Shown here: positions 18,601 to 28,680 of the stretch, piece after piece
Layout: every line of letters starts with the position of its first letter
Numbering within the stretch: the stretch's first letter is position 1
Assembly: GCA_043819555.1 (NCBI GenBank)
Contig: JBDREQ010000066.1
Coordinates: 72,695 to 136,694, forward strand
From: Candidatus Zixiibacteriota bacterium
GTDB lineage: Bacteria; Zixibacteria; MSB-5A5; GN15; JAAZOE01
Direction: 5' to 3'
DNA length: 64,000 nt
Position numbers and translations under genes: made by a program
The notes under the pieces: model-generated
Told to the model about the DNA's origin: nothing
Seen by the model: the letters and a program-made list of their open reading frames with translations, nothing else
Databases searched by the model: none

Positions 18601-20211
18601 TCAAAACTTATATGAATAAGATACCTCGATTATGTTCGACGTGTAATATTCGGCATAAGGCCTGGACATATCGGCCAGGTTGTCAAAATTATCGATCGTA
18701 TAAGTAATTTCTAATTTGTGGACGGGAGTTATTGAATAAATTCCCTTAAAATATATTCGGGAACTTTCTATATCCACATCCTGCTGACTTCGCACATACT
18801 GGCCGCCGATACCTGTCTGAAATTCACGGTATACCGGACTCATATAATTGCCGCTTAAGATATAATCGCTGAATTCGAATGAACCGCTCATATTATCATA
18901 GACACCTTTCAAATATGAAAATTGAAAATCCAGTCCACCCATTCCCGATTTTGTCAATTGGCCCTCAAGGCTCCATTTCCCATAACTTGATTCGCTCCCA
19001 ATTTCGTTATTCTCTATTTTTTTATTTTCTCTTAGTATGCGAACATTGCCATATTCCCGCGGCAAGTCATATTTGAGCGATACCCGGTAGCGTGAATAAT
19101 CCCTGTCGCCAGTTAACGTTTCCCCTTCGTTAACAGCCCGATTTTCGGAACCATAATTGGCTTTGGCGGTCATTTGAGGCGATAGTTTGGCCCAGCCCGA
19201 CAAATAATATCCCCTGGACGATAATTCATCCGGGATCATGTCGTTTACTTTATGGCGATATCCAAGAGTAATTCCTGCCGTTTGCGGCCATACTTTGCTG
19301 ACAAAAAACCCTTGCGTTATATTATCGGTTGCGGTCAGATCTCCGGTCCGCCGTGCTCGATCCCAGATAAAGTCGTATTTCAAACTATATCCTGAGCCAT
19401 AATTATACTTCACCCCGCCCCAAACCGTATTCGCAGAAAGGGTATCGAATCGATTCTTGACTTTAGTCGTGTAATGCTGAAACCCGCTGTTGAGAATAAC
19501 TTTTTGATAAAACGGCAGTTGGATTACCGCGTTGATTCTGGCACGTGACGAATTACGATCATTATCCCAAACTAAATCGTCATTAAATGACGTTGACCGA
19601 TAATCTGCCTGGAAATTATAGTAGAAATGCGTAAAACGAAAACCGGAATTAAAATATTTCTGGCTATAATTTATCTTGTTCTTTAAAATGGCTGGACCGA
19701 TGCTGTACAGATTGGCCGCATATCCTTCTTTCCCAACTGAACCGATTCCTCCATATAAGCGAATCATTCGATGCGGCTGAAACCACGCATTGCCGCCGAT
19801 AGTCTTTCTTTCGGTATTGGCGGAACCCGTTGAATTATAAATCCTGCGATATTGATTATAATTCAGATTAATTCCATAGTTTCCCGACTTCGATAAACCC
19901 AATGAGAGGTCTCGATTTTTTAACGTGATATTTTTGAAATCGGCATTCACACGAGTGCCATTATTGAAACGATAATTAAATTTTTCAAGAGATATCTGAA
20001 GTCCGTTATACATATTAAAATTGGGATGATAAACACTCAAACTACCTTCTTCAGATAAATTCAAATAGCCAACTTTGACCACTCCGGTTGACTGCTCGGC
20101 CATCGCTAACGCGGCCGATAACAGGAGAACAGCCGCAACCAGACAGATTATTTTATAAGTTTCGTACAACAAGGCTCTTCTCCCTTTTAATTGTACCGGT
20201 GGCAATAACAT
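18601..20211 (-). CDS. Outer-membrane beta-barrel, MtrB/PioB-like porin
   Basis: Signal peptide ending AALAMA; alternating aromatic beta-strands; C-terminal VSYSYKF; located between two multiheme cytochromes. Confidence 0.75.
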   Translation of the reverse strand: MLLPPVQLKGRRALLYETYKIICLVAAVLLLSAALAMAEQSTGVVKVGYLNLSEEGSLSVYHPNFNMYNGLQISLEKFNYRFNNGTRVNADFKNITLKNRDLSLGLSKSGNYGINLNYNQYRRIYNSTGSANTERKTIGGNAWFQPHRMIRLYGGIGSVGKEGYAANLYSIGPAILKNKINYSQKYFNSGFRFTHFYYNFQADYRSTSFNDDLVWDNDRNSSRARINAVIQLPFYQKVILNSGFQHYTTKVKNRFDTLSANTVWGGVKYNYGSGYSLKYDFIWDRARRTGDLTATDNITQGFFVSKVWPQTAGITLGYRHKVNDMIPDELSSRGYYLSGWAKLSPQMTAKANYGSENRAVNEGETLTGDRDYSRYRVSLKYDLPREYGNVRILRENKKIENNEIGSESSYGKWSLEGQLTKSGMGGLDFQFSYLKGVYDNMSGSFEFSDYILSGNYMSPVYREFQTGIGGQYVRSQQDVDIESSRIYFKGIYSITPVHKLEITYTIDNFDNLADMSRPYAEYYTSNIIEVSYSYKF

Positions 20212-21092
20212 GCCTCCGGTTTTCCTGTTAGTTTAAGACCCAGATCCTGGTCAAGTAAAAAGCGGTTTCTAAAATCGAATGTACCATGAACCTGACTGTG
20301 GCAATCAATACATTCAAGATAGGCAAAATCTCCATCGTGCGCCGTAGCGGAATGCCCGACTCCATTACTGTGGCATTGCAGACATAAACCGTTGCCCGGC
20401 TGAGTCATGAGCCTTTCATTGGGGCTTCCGTGCGGCGAATGGCACGAAGTACATCCTGAACCTTCGGTCGAAAAAGTACTCGTGGCCTCATGTTCGGCCA
20501 TAAAGGGCCCGCTCTGCTCGGGGTGACAGGAAGCGCAATTGACGCCAACCCCATGGCCAAAGCCTGGCGATCCCTTTCCCGTAAAATCATGACATCCGGT
20601 GCACGTGGCGCCGCCAAAACCGATAGGATGACTTGACCGTTGAATGAATTCATTGACAACAGCGTTGTGACATTTTTCACAAATCGAAGCATCATCATGA
20701 TTAATCGCATTTCTCTCGCCGGCATGAATGGCGTGGCATGAAATGCACGATAAGTCAAGCTCAGCATGAGATATCAATCCGGAAGCGCTTGCATTGAGAT
20801 GCGGATTATGGCAATCTGAGCAAATATCCCCAATCTCGTGTGTCTCTGATGTAGCTGGATTTATTATATTATTTGTCGCTGGATCGTCAACATGGGCCTC
20901 GCCGTCACCATGACAGCTTGTACAGCCGATTACAATCGAGCCGGCTCGAGCCTTTGACTCCAAAGCATGCGGACTGTCAATAATTGTCTTCTCATATCCT
21001 TCATGGCAATCCAGACAGGTTTCACTTGTGACTTGGCCAAATCCTATTTGATATCCTAAAATCAGAAAAATAATTAATAATTTTACCTGCAT
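20187..21092 (-). CDS. Periplasmic decaheme cytochrome c, DmsE/MtrA family
   Basis: Ten CxxCH motifs; MtrA-like context SETCLDCH, GCTSCHGDG.AH, CTSCHSPHGS, CIDCHSQVHG; extra terminal CYCH. Confidence 0.9.
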   Translation of the reverse strand: MQVKLLIIFLILGYQIGFGQVTSETCLDCHEGYEKTIIDSPHALESKARAGSIVIGCTSCHGDGEAHVDDPATNNIINPATSETHEIGDICSDCHNPHLNASASGLISHAELDLSCISCHAIHAGERNAINHDDASICEKCHNAVVNEFIQRSSHPIGFGGATCTGCHDFTGKGSPGFGHGVGVNCASCHPEQSGPFMAEHEATSTFSTEGSGCTSCHSPHGSPNERLMTQPGNGLCLQCHSNGVGHSATAHDGDFAYLECIDCHSQVHGTFDFRNRFLLDQDLGLKLTGKPEACYCHRYN

Positions 21093-21261
21093 CTTTTTTA
21101 CCAGCCTCCTGTCTCTTTGCAAACGATAACTATTTTACTCATTTCAATAATACCATACTATTTCTATCGTCATTAAAGCAAGGTGCTTTATCTTAAATAA
21201 AAATATTTTTTATATGCGACTAATTATGTCCCGTTTTATTCGCGGTTTTTTTATTTGTCTA

Positions 21262-21570
21262 TTAAATCAATGCTGCCACGGCAGCGGTGCGGTCGCGCCG
21301 AAAAAGCTTCAAAATGTCGTCGACCGGACATTCCTCGCAATTTAGATTGACATGGGTTGTAATTATTGAGGATAGATTGTCATCGAAAAGCGAAGCGTAC
21401 TTATTGGTGTATTGCTTTTTTGCAAGAATATTCGCCCCCCGCAATACATCGCAGTCTTCACAATTTGGAACCTTGCGCACATTTGCCAGCATTGCGGCAA
21501 TTTCCTTTGCCGCCGGTTTTCTTCTTAACGAAAACATTGACTCCCCATTACCAGGATAATTCACACTCAT
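21262..21570 (-). CDS. Small hypothetical protein with two CxxC motifs
   Basis: CEDC and CEEC; co-oriented upstream of the decaheme gene; GGGGAG RBS before the internal Met (MFSL). Confidence 0.55.
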   Translation of the reverse strand: MSVNYPGNGESMFSLRRKPAAKEIAAMLANVRKVPNCEDCDVLRGANILAKKQYTNKYASLFDDNLSSIITTHVNLNCEECPVDDILKLFRRDRTAAVAALI

Positions 21571-21656
21571 AATATTAAACGAAAGTTTTTAGAGAACAGG
21601 CAATAATAAAATTCGTGAGGGAGTATTTTTTTCAATAAATGACCCGATAGGTCTGT

Positions 21657-22370
21657 TTAACCAACGATATCGCCCAAACGCGACCACCGAACCCTTTGGA
21701 AAAAATGCTGCATATTATAAAATACTGACTTCGGAATTGATGTTAAATCGGCTAAAGTCACTTCCGGAGCCTTTTCATCGGGCGTCCATGACCAGTGAAT
21801 CATCATGGCCTGCCCCTGGATTAATTCAAGATCAACCGGCCCCCAAAACCTGGAATCATAGCTATTATCGCGATTGTCCCCCATGCAAAAGATATGGTTT
21901 TGCGGAACCAGGAATTTTGGGATATTATCTCGCCGATTATGCCCTAAACCCGGAGGCAGGATTTTCGAGTCAGTGAATTTGGAGAATTCCGGATTGGGGA
22001 AGCGAACCCCGTCAACATATAAAACTTTGTCGATTACTTCCACCACCTGACCTTCGGTGGCGACGCAGCGCTTGATATAATTTGTTTCCCGATCGACCGG
22101 AAATCGAAAAACAACCACATCGCCCGGCTTTGGATTTCTGAAGGCGGGCAATCGCCAATTGGTCAATGGAATCTGGGCGCCATAGATAAATTTATTGGCC
22201 AGAAAAAAATCGCCGACAAGCATCGTATCTTCCATAGATGAAGAAGGTATTTTATAAGCTTCCACGACTGAAGTTTTTATAATAAACGCCAGGACCAGGG
22301 CAATAATTAATGACTTGGCGTATTCATATGTTCCGGTAGATATTTTTTTTGTCAAATCGCCTCCGCGCAA
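21657..22370 (-). CDS. lepB: Signal peptidase I (copy 2)
   Basis: IPSSSMEDT (catalytic Ser), YIKRCV (catalytic Lys), MGDNRDNSYDSRFWG. Confidence 0.93.
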   Translation of the reverse strand: MRGGDLTKKISTGTYEYAKSLIIALVLAFIIKTSVVEAYKIPSSSMEDTMLVGDFFLANKFIYGAQIPLTNWRLPAFRNPKPGDVVVFRFPVDRETNYIKRCVATEGQVVEVIDKVLYVDGVRFPNPEFSKFTDSKILPPGLGHNRRDNIPKFLVPQNHIFCMGDNRDNSYDSRFWGPVDLELIQGQAMMIHWSWTPDEKAPEVTLADLTSIPKSVFYNMQHFFQRVRWSRLGDIVG

Positions 22371-22437
22371 TAATTGAAATTTTCACGACATAAATTTATA
22401 TAACCCTTTTATTGAGAAAAGGTGACATTCTTCTGCA

Positions 22438-23166
22438 TTAATCAACGGTCTTCGCAAAACGATCCCAGCGAATCCGGCCTAAAAATCGGGTTGTGTTATC
22501 CCAAACCGAACCCGGTATAGTTGTTAAATCGGTCATATCAATCTGGGTAGCGTCTTTATCTTCCGCAATCGACCATTGAATCATAAAAACATACCCTTCA
22601 ATAAACTCAAGAGGCACTATCCCCCAAAATCTTGAGTCTCTGCTATTATCGCGATTATCGCCCATCGCGAATACTGATCCCTGTGGCACCCGGTATGGCC
22701 CAAAATTATCACGCTGCGGCACAAATCGATCAGGATTCTTTCCATCAATATATTTCGAGAATTCAGCGTCGGGGAATATTTCACCGTCAACATACAGGAT
22801 TTTATTTTTCACTTCCACAATCTGCCCTTCAACAGCGACACAGCGCTTGACATAATCTGTTTTGCCGTCGAGAGGGTACTTAAAAGTAATTATATCCCCC
22901 GGCTGTGGCGGCCTGACCGCCGGCAGTCGCCAATTAGTAAACGGTATTTTTACGCCATACAGGAACTTATTGGAGATTATCAAATCGCCAACAAGGAGAG
23001 TATCTTCCATTGATGACGAAGGCACTTTGTAAGCTTCGGCTATTGATGTTTTAATGATAAAGGCCGCAACCACGGCGAATAATATCGCCTTAGCGTAATC
23101 AAATGATTGGCTAACCACCGTTTTTTTCTTTATCGATTCTTTTTTCTTCTTCTGTTTCTGTGACAT
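22438..23166 (-). CDS. lepB: Signal peptidase I (copy 1)
   Basis: VPSSSMEDT, YVKRCV, MGDNRDNSRDSRFWG. Confidence 0.93.
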   Translation of the reverse strand: MSQKQKKKKESIKKKTVVSQSFDYAKAILFAVVAAFIIKTSIAEAYKVPSSSMEDTLLVGDLIISNKFLYGVKIPFTNWRLPAVRPPQPGDIITFKYPLDGKTDYVKRCVAVEGQIVEVKNKILYVDGEIFPDAEFSKYIDGKNPDRFVPQRDNFGPYRVPQGSVFAMGDNRDNSRDSRFWGIVPLEFIEGYVFMIQWSIAEDKDATQIDMTDLTTIPGSVWDNTTRFLGRIRWDRFAKTVD

Positions 23167-23183
23167 TAATATCTAAACTCGTC

Positions 23184-24248
23184 TTACCCGGTGATTACTC
23201 GCGCGATATCGTTGTAAGTCACCATTATTATCACAACCAGCAAAAATACCAGCCCAATTTGCTGAGCAATTGCACGCTGGTTAATTGTTAACGGTTTTCC
23301 CTTAATTTTCTCGATCAGGAGAAATATCAAATGTCCCCCGTCCAGTACCGGAATAGGAAGAATATTCAAAACAGCCAGGTTCACAGAGAGCAGCGACATA
23401 AATGCGAGAAGCGTAGCAAAACCCATTTTTGCCGTTTCGCCTGCCATTTGCGCGATAAAAACAGGCCCGCCCATCATCTTTGGAGAGATTTGAGCCGTTA
23501 CCAAATTATAAATGAATTTATAAACGAGAACGGTAAATTCTATTGTTTTGGAGAAACCGCGACCGGCAGCTTTAAAAAATCCAAGATTGACAAATGATGT
23601 TTGTTGGCCTACCCCCATCATCCCGATTGGAATCTTCTCGCCCTTATCATTATAAACTTCTTCCGAATAGGTCGTCAATTCAGCTGACATTTCGACGCCA
23701 TTGCGCATCCAGTTTACGCTAATCTGCTCTTCGACATGAGAGGAGATAATCCGAGCCATACTTTCAAATGTTGTTACGGGCGATTCATTTATATGGATTA
23801 TCTTATCTCCCGGTTTGATTCCCGCTCCCTCGGCAGGGCTTCCTTCGGAAACTATTCCTATGACAGCTTGATCGGTATCGATAATTTCCTCGCCGTTGAT
23901 AAAAAATATCCCCCAAAGTATAAAAAAGGCGAGAACAAAATTCATAATTGGTCCGGCCGCAACAACAAGGGTCCGGGCGCCCACTGATTTTGACATGAAT
24001 TCATGAGGCGCTCCGGTCGATTCTTCGCCCGGTAATTCACCGGCCATTTTTACGAATCCGCCCATAGGTATAAGGCCGATTGAATATTCAGTCTCGCCCA
24101 CTTTTTTCTTTATTATAGCCGGTGGGAATCCAAGTGAAAATTTCTCAACTTTGATCCCGGCCCGTTTAGCGGCGATAAAATGACCCAATTCATGAAAGAA
24201 GATTAAAACGCCAAGTACAAATACCGTTGAAAGAATGGTTATTATCAT
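23184..24248 (-). CDS. rseP: RIP metalloprotease RseP
   Basis: HELGH, GGFVKM, AGPIMN, a PDZ domain, NILPIPVLDGG; follows dxr. Confidence 0.95.
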   Translation of the reverse strand: MIITILSTVFVLGVLIFFHELGHFIAAKRAGIKVEKFSLGFPPAIIKKKVGETEYSIGLIPMGGFVKMAGELPGEESTGAPHEFMSKSVGARTLVVAAGPIMNFVLAFFILWGIFFINGEEIIDTDQAVIGIVSEGSPAEGAGIKPGDKIIHINESPVTTFESMARIISSHVEEQISVNWMRNGVEMSAELTTYSEEVYNDKGEKIPIGMMGVGQQTSFVNLGFFKAAGRGFSKTIEFTVLVYKFIYNLVTAQISPKMMGGPVFIAQMAGETAKMGFATLLAFMSLLSVNLAVLNILPIPVLDGGHLIFLLIEKIKGKPLTINQRAIAQQIGLVFLLVVIIMVTYNDIARVITG

Positions 24249-25408
24249 ATCATTTTCCTGACTATTTTTTCAGCTTTATTTCTGGTTTCCCTGTCGGCAT
24301 TTAATATATCGTCAAGGTCCGGTTTTTTAACCACGTCATGTTCAACTAAAATTCTCTCAATAAGTTCCGTAATTTGAACAAATCCAATCCTTCCGTCAAG
24401 GAAATAAGCGACCGCCATTTCATTAGCGGCATTGATAACAGCTGGGGCCGTTCCTCCAGCTTTGGCCGCATTACGGGCCAGCTTGAGGGCTGGGAATTTT
24501 TTCTCATCGGGAGCGAAAAAATCAAGCCGCCCCGCTTCAGTCAAACTCAATCGCCCGTTATCAGACTCCACCCGGTCGGGCCAGAATAAAGCATAAGCAA
24601 TAGGAAGTTTCATATCCGGGTTGGAAAGTTGAGCAATGATCGAACTGTCGTCATATTCCACCAGAGAATGGATAATTGATTGAGGGTGAATGACTATTTC
24701 AATTTGATCGGCAGGCATTGTGAAAAGCCAGACTGCTTCAATCAATTCCAGTCCCTTATTCATCATTGTGGCCGAATCAATAGTAATTTTGGGACCCATT
24801 TTCCAGGTCGGATGAGCCAGAGCCTCATCAACGGTAATATCTTTAAATGATTCAATTTCGCGAGTCCTGAACGGTCCCCCCGATGCGGTCAGTATAATCT
24901 TTCTTATTTCGGATAATTTTCCGGCGTTCATGCATTGCCAGATGGCCGAATGCTCGGAATCAACCGGCAAAATTTTCCCCCCGGATTTAATCACTTCATC
25001 TTCAAAAAGAGGGCCTCCGACAACCAATGATTCCTTATTGGCCAATGCCAGTTTTTTCCCCGCCTTAATCGTTTCCAGAGACGCCATCAAGCCGGCGGCG
25101 CCAACCAGGGAGTTTAGGACAATATCGTTCTTCTCCAGAGATGCCAGTTTTTTCAATCCCTCCGGCCCGTAAATAATCTCGATGTCCTTATCCGTTAAAT
25201 CTTTTTTGAGTAGATCCGCTTCTTTTTCGGAAAAGACCGAAACGATTTTCGGATGAAATCTCTTTATTTGTTTTTTTAGCTCATCAAGATTTTTGCCCGC
25301 CGCAAGGGCAACAATATTAAAAGCGCCGGGATTACTGGTAATAACTTCAAGGGCTGAACAACCGATGGAGCCCGTTGAACCGAGTATGGTAATATTTTTC
25401 ATCGTCAT
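24245..25408 (-). CDS. dxr: 1-deoxy-D-xylulose-5-phosphate reductoisomerase
   Basis: ILGSTGSIG, LANKESLV, PVDSEHSA, LTASGGPFR, HPTWKMGPKITIDSATMMNKGLE. Confidence 0.97.
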   Translation of the reverse strand: MTMKNITILGSTGSIGCSALEVITSNPGAFNIVALAAGKNLDELKKQIKRFHPKIVSVFSEKEADLLKKDLTDKDIEIIYGPEGLKKLASLEKNDIVLNSLVGAAGLMASLETIKAGKKLALANKESLVVGGPLFEDEVIKSGGKILPVDSEHSAIWQCMNAGKLSEIRKIILTASGGPFRTREIESFKDITVDEALAHPTWKMGPKITIDSATMMNKGLELIEAVWLFTMPADQIEIVIHPQSIIHSLVEYDDSSIIAQLSNPDMKLPIAYALFWPDRVESDNGRLSLTEAGRLDFFAPDEKKFPALKLARNAAKAGGTAPAVINAANEMAVAYFLDGRIGFVQITELIERILVEHDVVKKPDLDDILNADRETRNKAEKIVRKMI

Positions 25409-25454
25409 TTCTTAATCTTATTTACGAATTATACTCCGGTCAGTTGCGTTTCGA

Positions 25455-26048
25455 TTATTCGATTGTTATTTCTCCCTTTTCGGGAACCGGTTTTCCTTCT
25501 TCCCATACTTTCACCATATGTACGGATTCAATCGGTTTATCGTTTTCATCGGTAGCCAGGCTTCCGATTTTTTTCACGATATCCATGCCCTCGACGGTAC
25601 GGCCAAAAATCGTATATTTCGCATCCAAATCAGGACGGCGTGAAAGACAAATAAAAAACTGGCATGAAGCTGAATTAGGATCGTGTCCCCGCGCCATTGA
25701 CAGCGTCCCCGGATTGTGCGGCAGATTGGAAAATTCGGCCGGAATTACATAACCGGAATGCCCCGAAATATCATTATTGGGCGAACCGGATTGAATTACG
25801 AAATTCTTGATTATGCGATGCCACTGCAATCCAGTATAAAATCCCTTATTCACAAGATCGAGAAAATTGGCGACATGGTTGGGAGCCACATCCGGCCATA
25901 ATTCGAGAACTATTTTTCCTTGTTCAGTCTCGATATGTACACGGGGATATTTGCTATCGGCAACAGGCTCCTCTTGCGGCTCATCTTTGCCGCCTCCGCA
26001 ATTGACCAGCATGATTATACACAATATGAAAAAGGCAAATTGTCGCAT
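25455..26048 (-). CDS. Cyclophilin-type peptidyl-prolyl isomerase, lipoprotein
   Basis: Lipobox LVNC; APNHVANF, HRIIKNFVIQ, GTLSMAR, SASCQFFI, YTIFG. Confidence 0.9.
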   Translation of the reverse strand: MRQFAFFILCIIMLVNCGGGKDEPQEEPVADSKYPRVHIETEQGKIVLELWPDVAPNHVANFLDLVNKGFYTGLQWHRIIKNFVIQSGSPNNDISGHSGYVIPAEFSNLPHNPGTLSMARGHDPNSASCQFFICLSRRPDLDAKYTIFGRTVEGMDIVKKIGSLATDENDKPIESVHMVKVWEEGKPVPEKGEITIE

Positions 26049-26227
26049 TTGGTCCAGTCTCCATCTAAAATTTATGAAGCGAATATAGACCTATGATTGG
26101 TTTAAGTCAAACATTTGTATAAATTTTGAAAGTGAATGGCAAGTTGCACTATTGAAAATAAAATTGTGATCGTATTGCTTGACAGATTTAATAGTCATAT
26201 ATTTGAAAACCCATTTGTGGAGGTTTT

Positions 26228-27229
26228 ATGATCATGGATATTTCCCAGCCGCGAATATCCCTGCTTTTATTTTTTTCAATTGCCCTCATATTCAATGCGT
26301 ATATAATCGCGAATGATAAACCTGAAAATGAAATTACGATGAGCGACGCGCAGCAGATATTAAAGCAGGCCGACGAAATATTCAAATCACGAAAATATGA
26401 AGAATCGCGAGATTACTATTTGAAGGTTCTCGATGAAGCGGAAAAAACAAATAATTTATCCGACCAAACCGAAGCGTTGGCTATGATCGCACGAACCTAC
26501 CTTATATTGGATGATATCACTTCGGGATACCCGTGGCTGGAGAAAGCCAAAAAGGCGGCGGATTTTGACCAGCCTCTGGGATGGTCGCGGTTCATGGGCG
26601 TTAAAGGTAGATTCCTGTGGAAAGAAGAAAAGCTCGATGAAGCCACCGTAATTTTTGAAAATATGTATGACTATTGTTCCGAACGAAAACTGCATGATCG
26701 CGCCATTGACGCCGCCCATATGGTCGCCATTACCGGCGATCAGGAAACTCAGGTAATCTGGGCTTATAAGGCTATAAATGAAGCCGAAGCCGGCGGTTTG
26801 GAATCATGGCTGGGGCCTCTCTGGAATAATCTGGGAGCGACCCTGGAAGAGATGGAACGATTTTATGAATCCCTTGAAGCCTACTTAAAGGCCCGCAATT
26901 ACCATTATAAACACGGCAATGATTTTAATAAAGCCATTGCCGACTGGGCCGTCGGTCATGCCTACGTTAACATCGGTGATATTGAAAACGCCTCCAAATG
27001 GATTAATCCCGTACTTGATAAGTTTATTGCAATGGATGAAGGTGAATTTATTGGATTTACATACCGCGAAATGGGTGAGATCGAATTGGCCAAAGAAAAT
27101 TTCTCACAAGCCCACGACTACTTTGTCCGTGCCGAGGAAAAACTTAAAGAAGTAAAAATGCCCAAATGGAATCCGGATGGGTACCAAAAGATTCTTAATC
27201 GTATTGACGAAACCCAAAAAAATAAATAA
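26228..27229 (+). CDS. Exported TPR-repeat protein
   Basis: N-terminal hydrophobic signal; TPR-like helices (WNNLGATLEEM...LEAYLKA). Confidence 0.7.
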   Translation: MIMDISQPRISLLLFFSIALIFNAYIIANDKPENEITMSDAQQILKQADEIFKSRKYEESRDYYLKVLDEAEKTNNLSDQTEALAMIARTYLILDDITSGYPWLEKAKKAADFDQPLGWSRFMGVKGRFLWKEEKLDEATVIFENMYDYCSERKLHDRAIDAAHMVAITGDQETQVIWAYKAINEAEAGGLESWLGPLWNNLGATLEEMERFYESLEAYLKARNYHYKHGNDFNKAIADWAVGHAYVNIGDIENASKWINPVLDKFIAMDEGEFIGFTYREMGEIELAKENFSQAHDYFVRAEEKLKEVKMPKWNPDGYQKILNRIDETQKNK

Positions 27230-27241
27230 ATTCCAAACCTC

Positions 27242-28132
27242 ATGATTGAATTTCCCATTAGCGGAGTAGAAACATATTGGTGGCTGCCAATTCTTTTTAC
27301 TTTCGTTGTCTCTTGCCTGACCTCAACCGCCGGAATATCAGGCGCGTTTCTTTTATTGCCCTTTCAAGTTAGCGTTCTTGGTTTTACTTCTCCCGGAGTA
27401 ACACCCACTAATTTGCTATATAATATTGTTGCCATTCCGAGCGGTGTCTATCATTACTATCGGGAAAAGCGAATGGTCTGGCCCCTCGTCAAAGTCATAT
27501 CCGCCGGAACTATTCCGGGAATTGCCCTGGGAATATTTGTCCGCGTCAGATATCTGCCCGACCCGGCCGCGTTTAAATTTTTCGTCGGACTCGTCCTGGT
27601 CTATATCGCTTTTCGATTGTTAATCAATGCCATGAAAAAACAAGAGGTCGCCGTCAAATCATCAGCGGCATTTGAAGTAACCTCGGCGTCAATGACAATT
27701 AAAAAAGTAACATTTGATTTCAACGGCCAATCCCACTCTGTCTCGTCACCGATTCTGTTTACTCTGAGCGTTATCGTTGGGGCTATTGGAGGAATCTACG
27801 GAATCGGCGGCGGCGCCATCCTCGCTCCGATTCTTGTCATTATTTTTCGGATGCCGATTTATACCGTTTCCGGAGCGACGCTATTTGGAACATTTTTGAC
27901 TTCGACGGTTGGAGTCCTTTTTTATGTCGTCCTGGCTCCCCTGTTCGCGGCGGATAATATTTCGGCCAACCCCGACTGGATGCTGGGGCTGATGTTCGGC
28001 ATCGGAGGCTCCCTGGGCATGTACCTGGGCGCACGAATCCAGAAATACCTTCCTGCCCGGTTAATAAAATTTCTGTTATTATCAATCATTCTCTACGCGG
28101 CGGCGAGATACATCATTGGATATTTTATGTAA
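27242..28132 (+). CDS. TauE/SafE (TSUP) family membrane transporter
   Basis: GISGAFLLLPF, GGIYGIGGGAILAP, GMYLGARIQK; about eight TM helices. Confidence 0.85.
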   Translation: MIEFPISGVETYWWLPILFTFVVSCLTSTAGISGAFLLLPFQVSVLGFTSPGVTPTNLLYNIVAIPSGVYHYYREKRMVWPLVKVISAGTIPGIALGIFVRVRYLPDPAAFKFFVGLVLVYIAFRLLINAMKKQEVAVKSSAAFEVTSASMTIKKVTFDFNGQSHSVSSPILFTLSVIVGAIGGIYGIGGGAILAPILVIIFRMPIYTVSGATLFGTFLTSTVGVLFYVVLAPLFAADNISANPDWMLGLMFGIGGSLGMYLGARIQKYLPARLIKFLLLSIILYAAARYIIGYFM

Positions 28133-28160
28133 AAAATGCCGGCCCTTTCGGACCGGCATT
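28131..28160. terminator. Intrinsic terminator between convergent genes
   Basis: A-tract followed by hairpin AATGCCGG...CCGGCATT with a TTCG loop. Confidence 0.7.
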
Positions 28161-28189
28161 GGCCTAGTAGATAACGAGTGGAGTTCCGA

Positions 28190-28624
28190 TTAGGAAATTT
28201 TAATTTCGATTTCTTTCGGTTTCTTTTCTTCCGCTTTGGCGGCGGTAACAATTAAAATGCCGTTTTTATAGTCGGCGGAAATTGATTCCGGATTAACCGT
28301 TTTGGGCAGGCTGAATGACCGATTGAATTTCCCGCTCCGAATTTCGGCTCGAACATATCCATTGTCTTTATTTTCAGAACGGACATTGCGCTCACCTGAA
28401 ACGGAAAGAACACCATCCTCTACCCAAACCTTGATATCGCCTTTCTCCATACCGGGAAGTTCAAACATAAATTTGACATCATTATCAGCCTCCTGAATGT
28501 CAACCGCAGGATTAAAATCGGCTGAGGCGGTACTGCCAAAGGCGATGCCAAATACGTCGTCAAACAAATTATCCATCGTGTTTGAAAATCCAAAATGCCG
28601 AGGTCTCACTATTAAATTTCTCAT
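28190..28624 (-). CDS. Small heat-shock protein Hsp20 (alpha-crystallin domain)
   Basis: PAVDI, ELPG, LSVSGER, GKFNRSFSLP, ADYKNGIL, C-terminal IEI; AGGAGG RBS. Confidence 0.95.
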   Translation of the reverse strand: MRNLIVRPRHFGFSNTMDNLFDDVFGIAFGSTASADFNPAVDIQEADNDVKFMFELPGMEKGDIKVWVEDGVLSVSGERNVRSENKDNGYVRAEIRSGKFNRSFSLPKTVNPESISADYKNGILIVTAAKAEEKKPKEIEIKIS

Positions 28625-28663
28625 TTTATCCTCCTTTGTGTTTTATTTTCTGAAAATAGAATA

Positions 28664-28680
28664 AGCATAAATAATACCAA
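28664..28680 (-). promoter_or_regulatory. Putative sigma54 (-24/-12) promoter of hsp20
   Basis: Minus strand TTGGTATTATTTATGCT gives GG-N10-GC, 40 nt upstream of the ATG. Confidence 0.5.
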
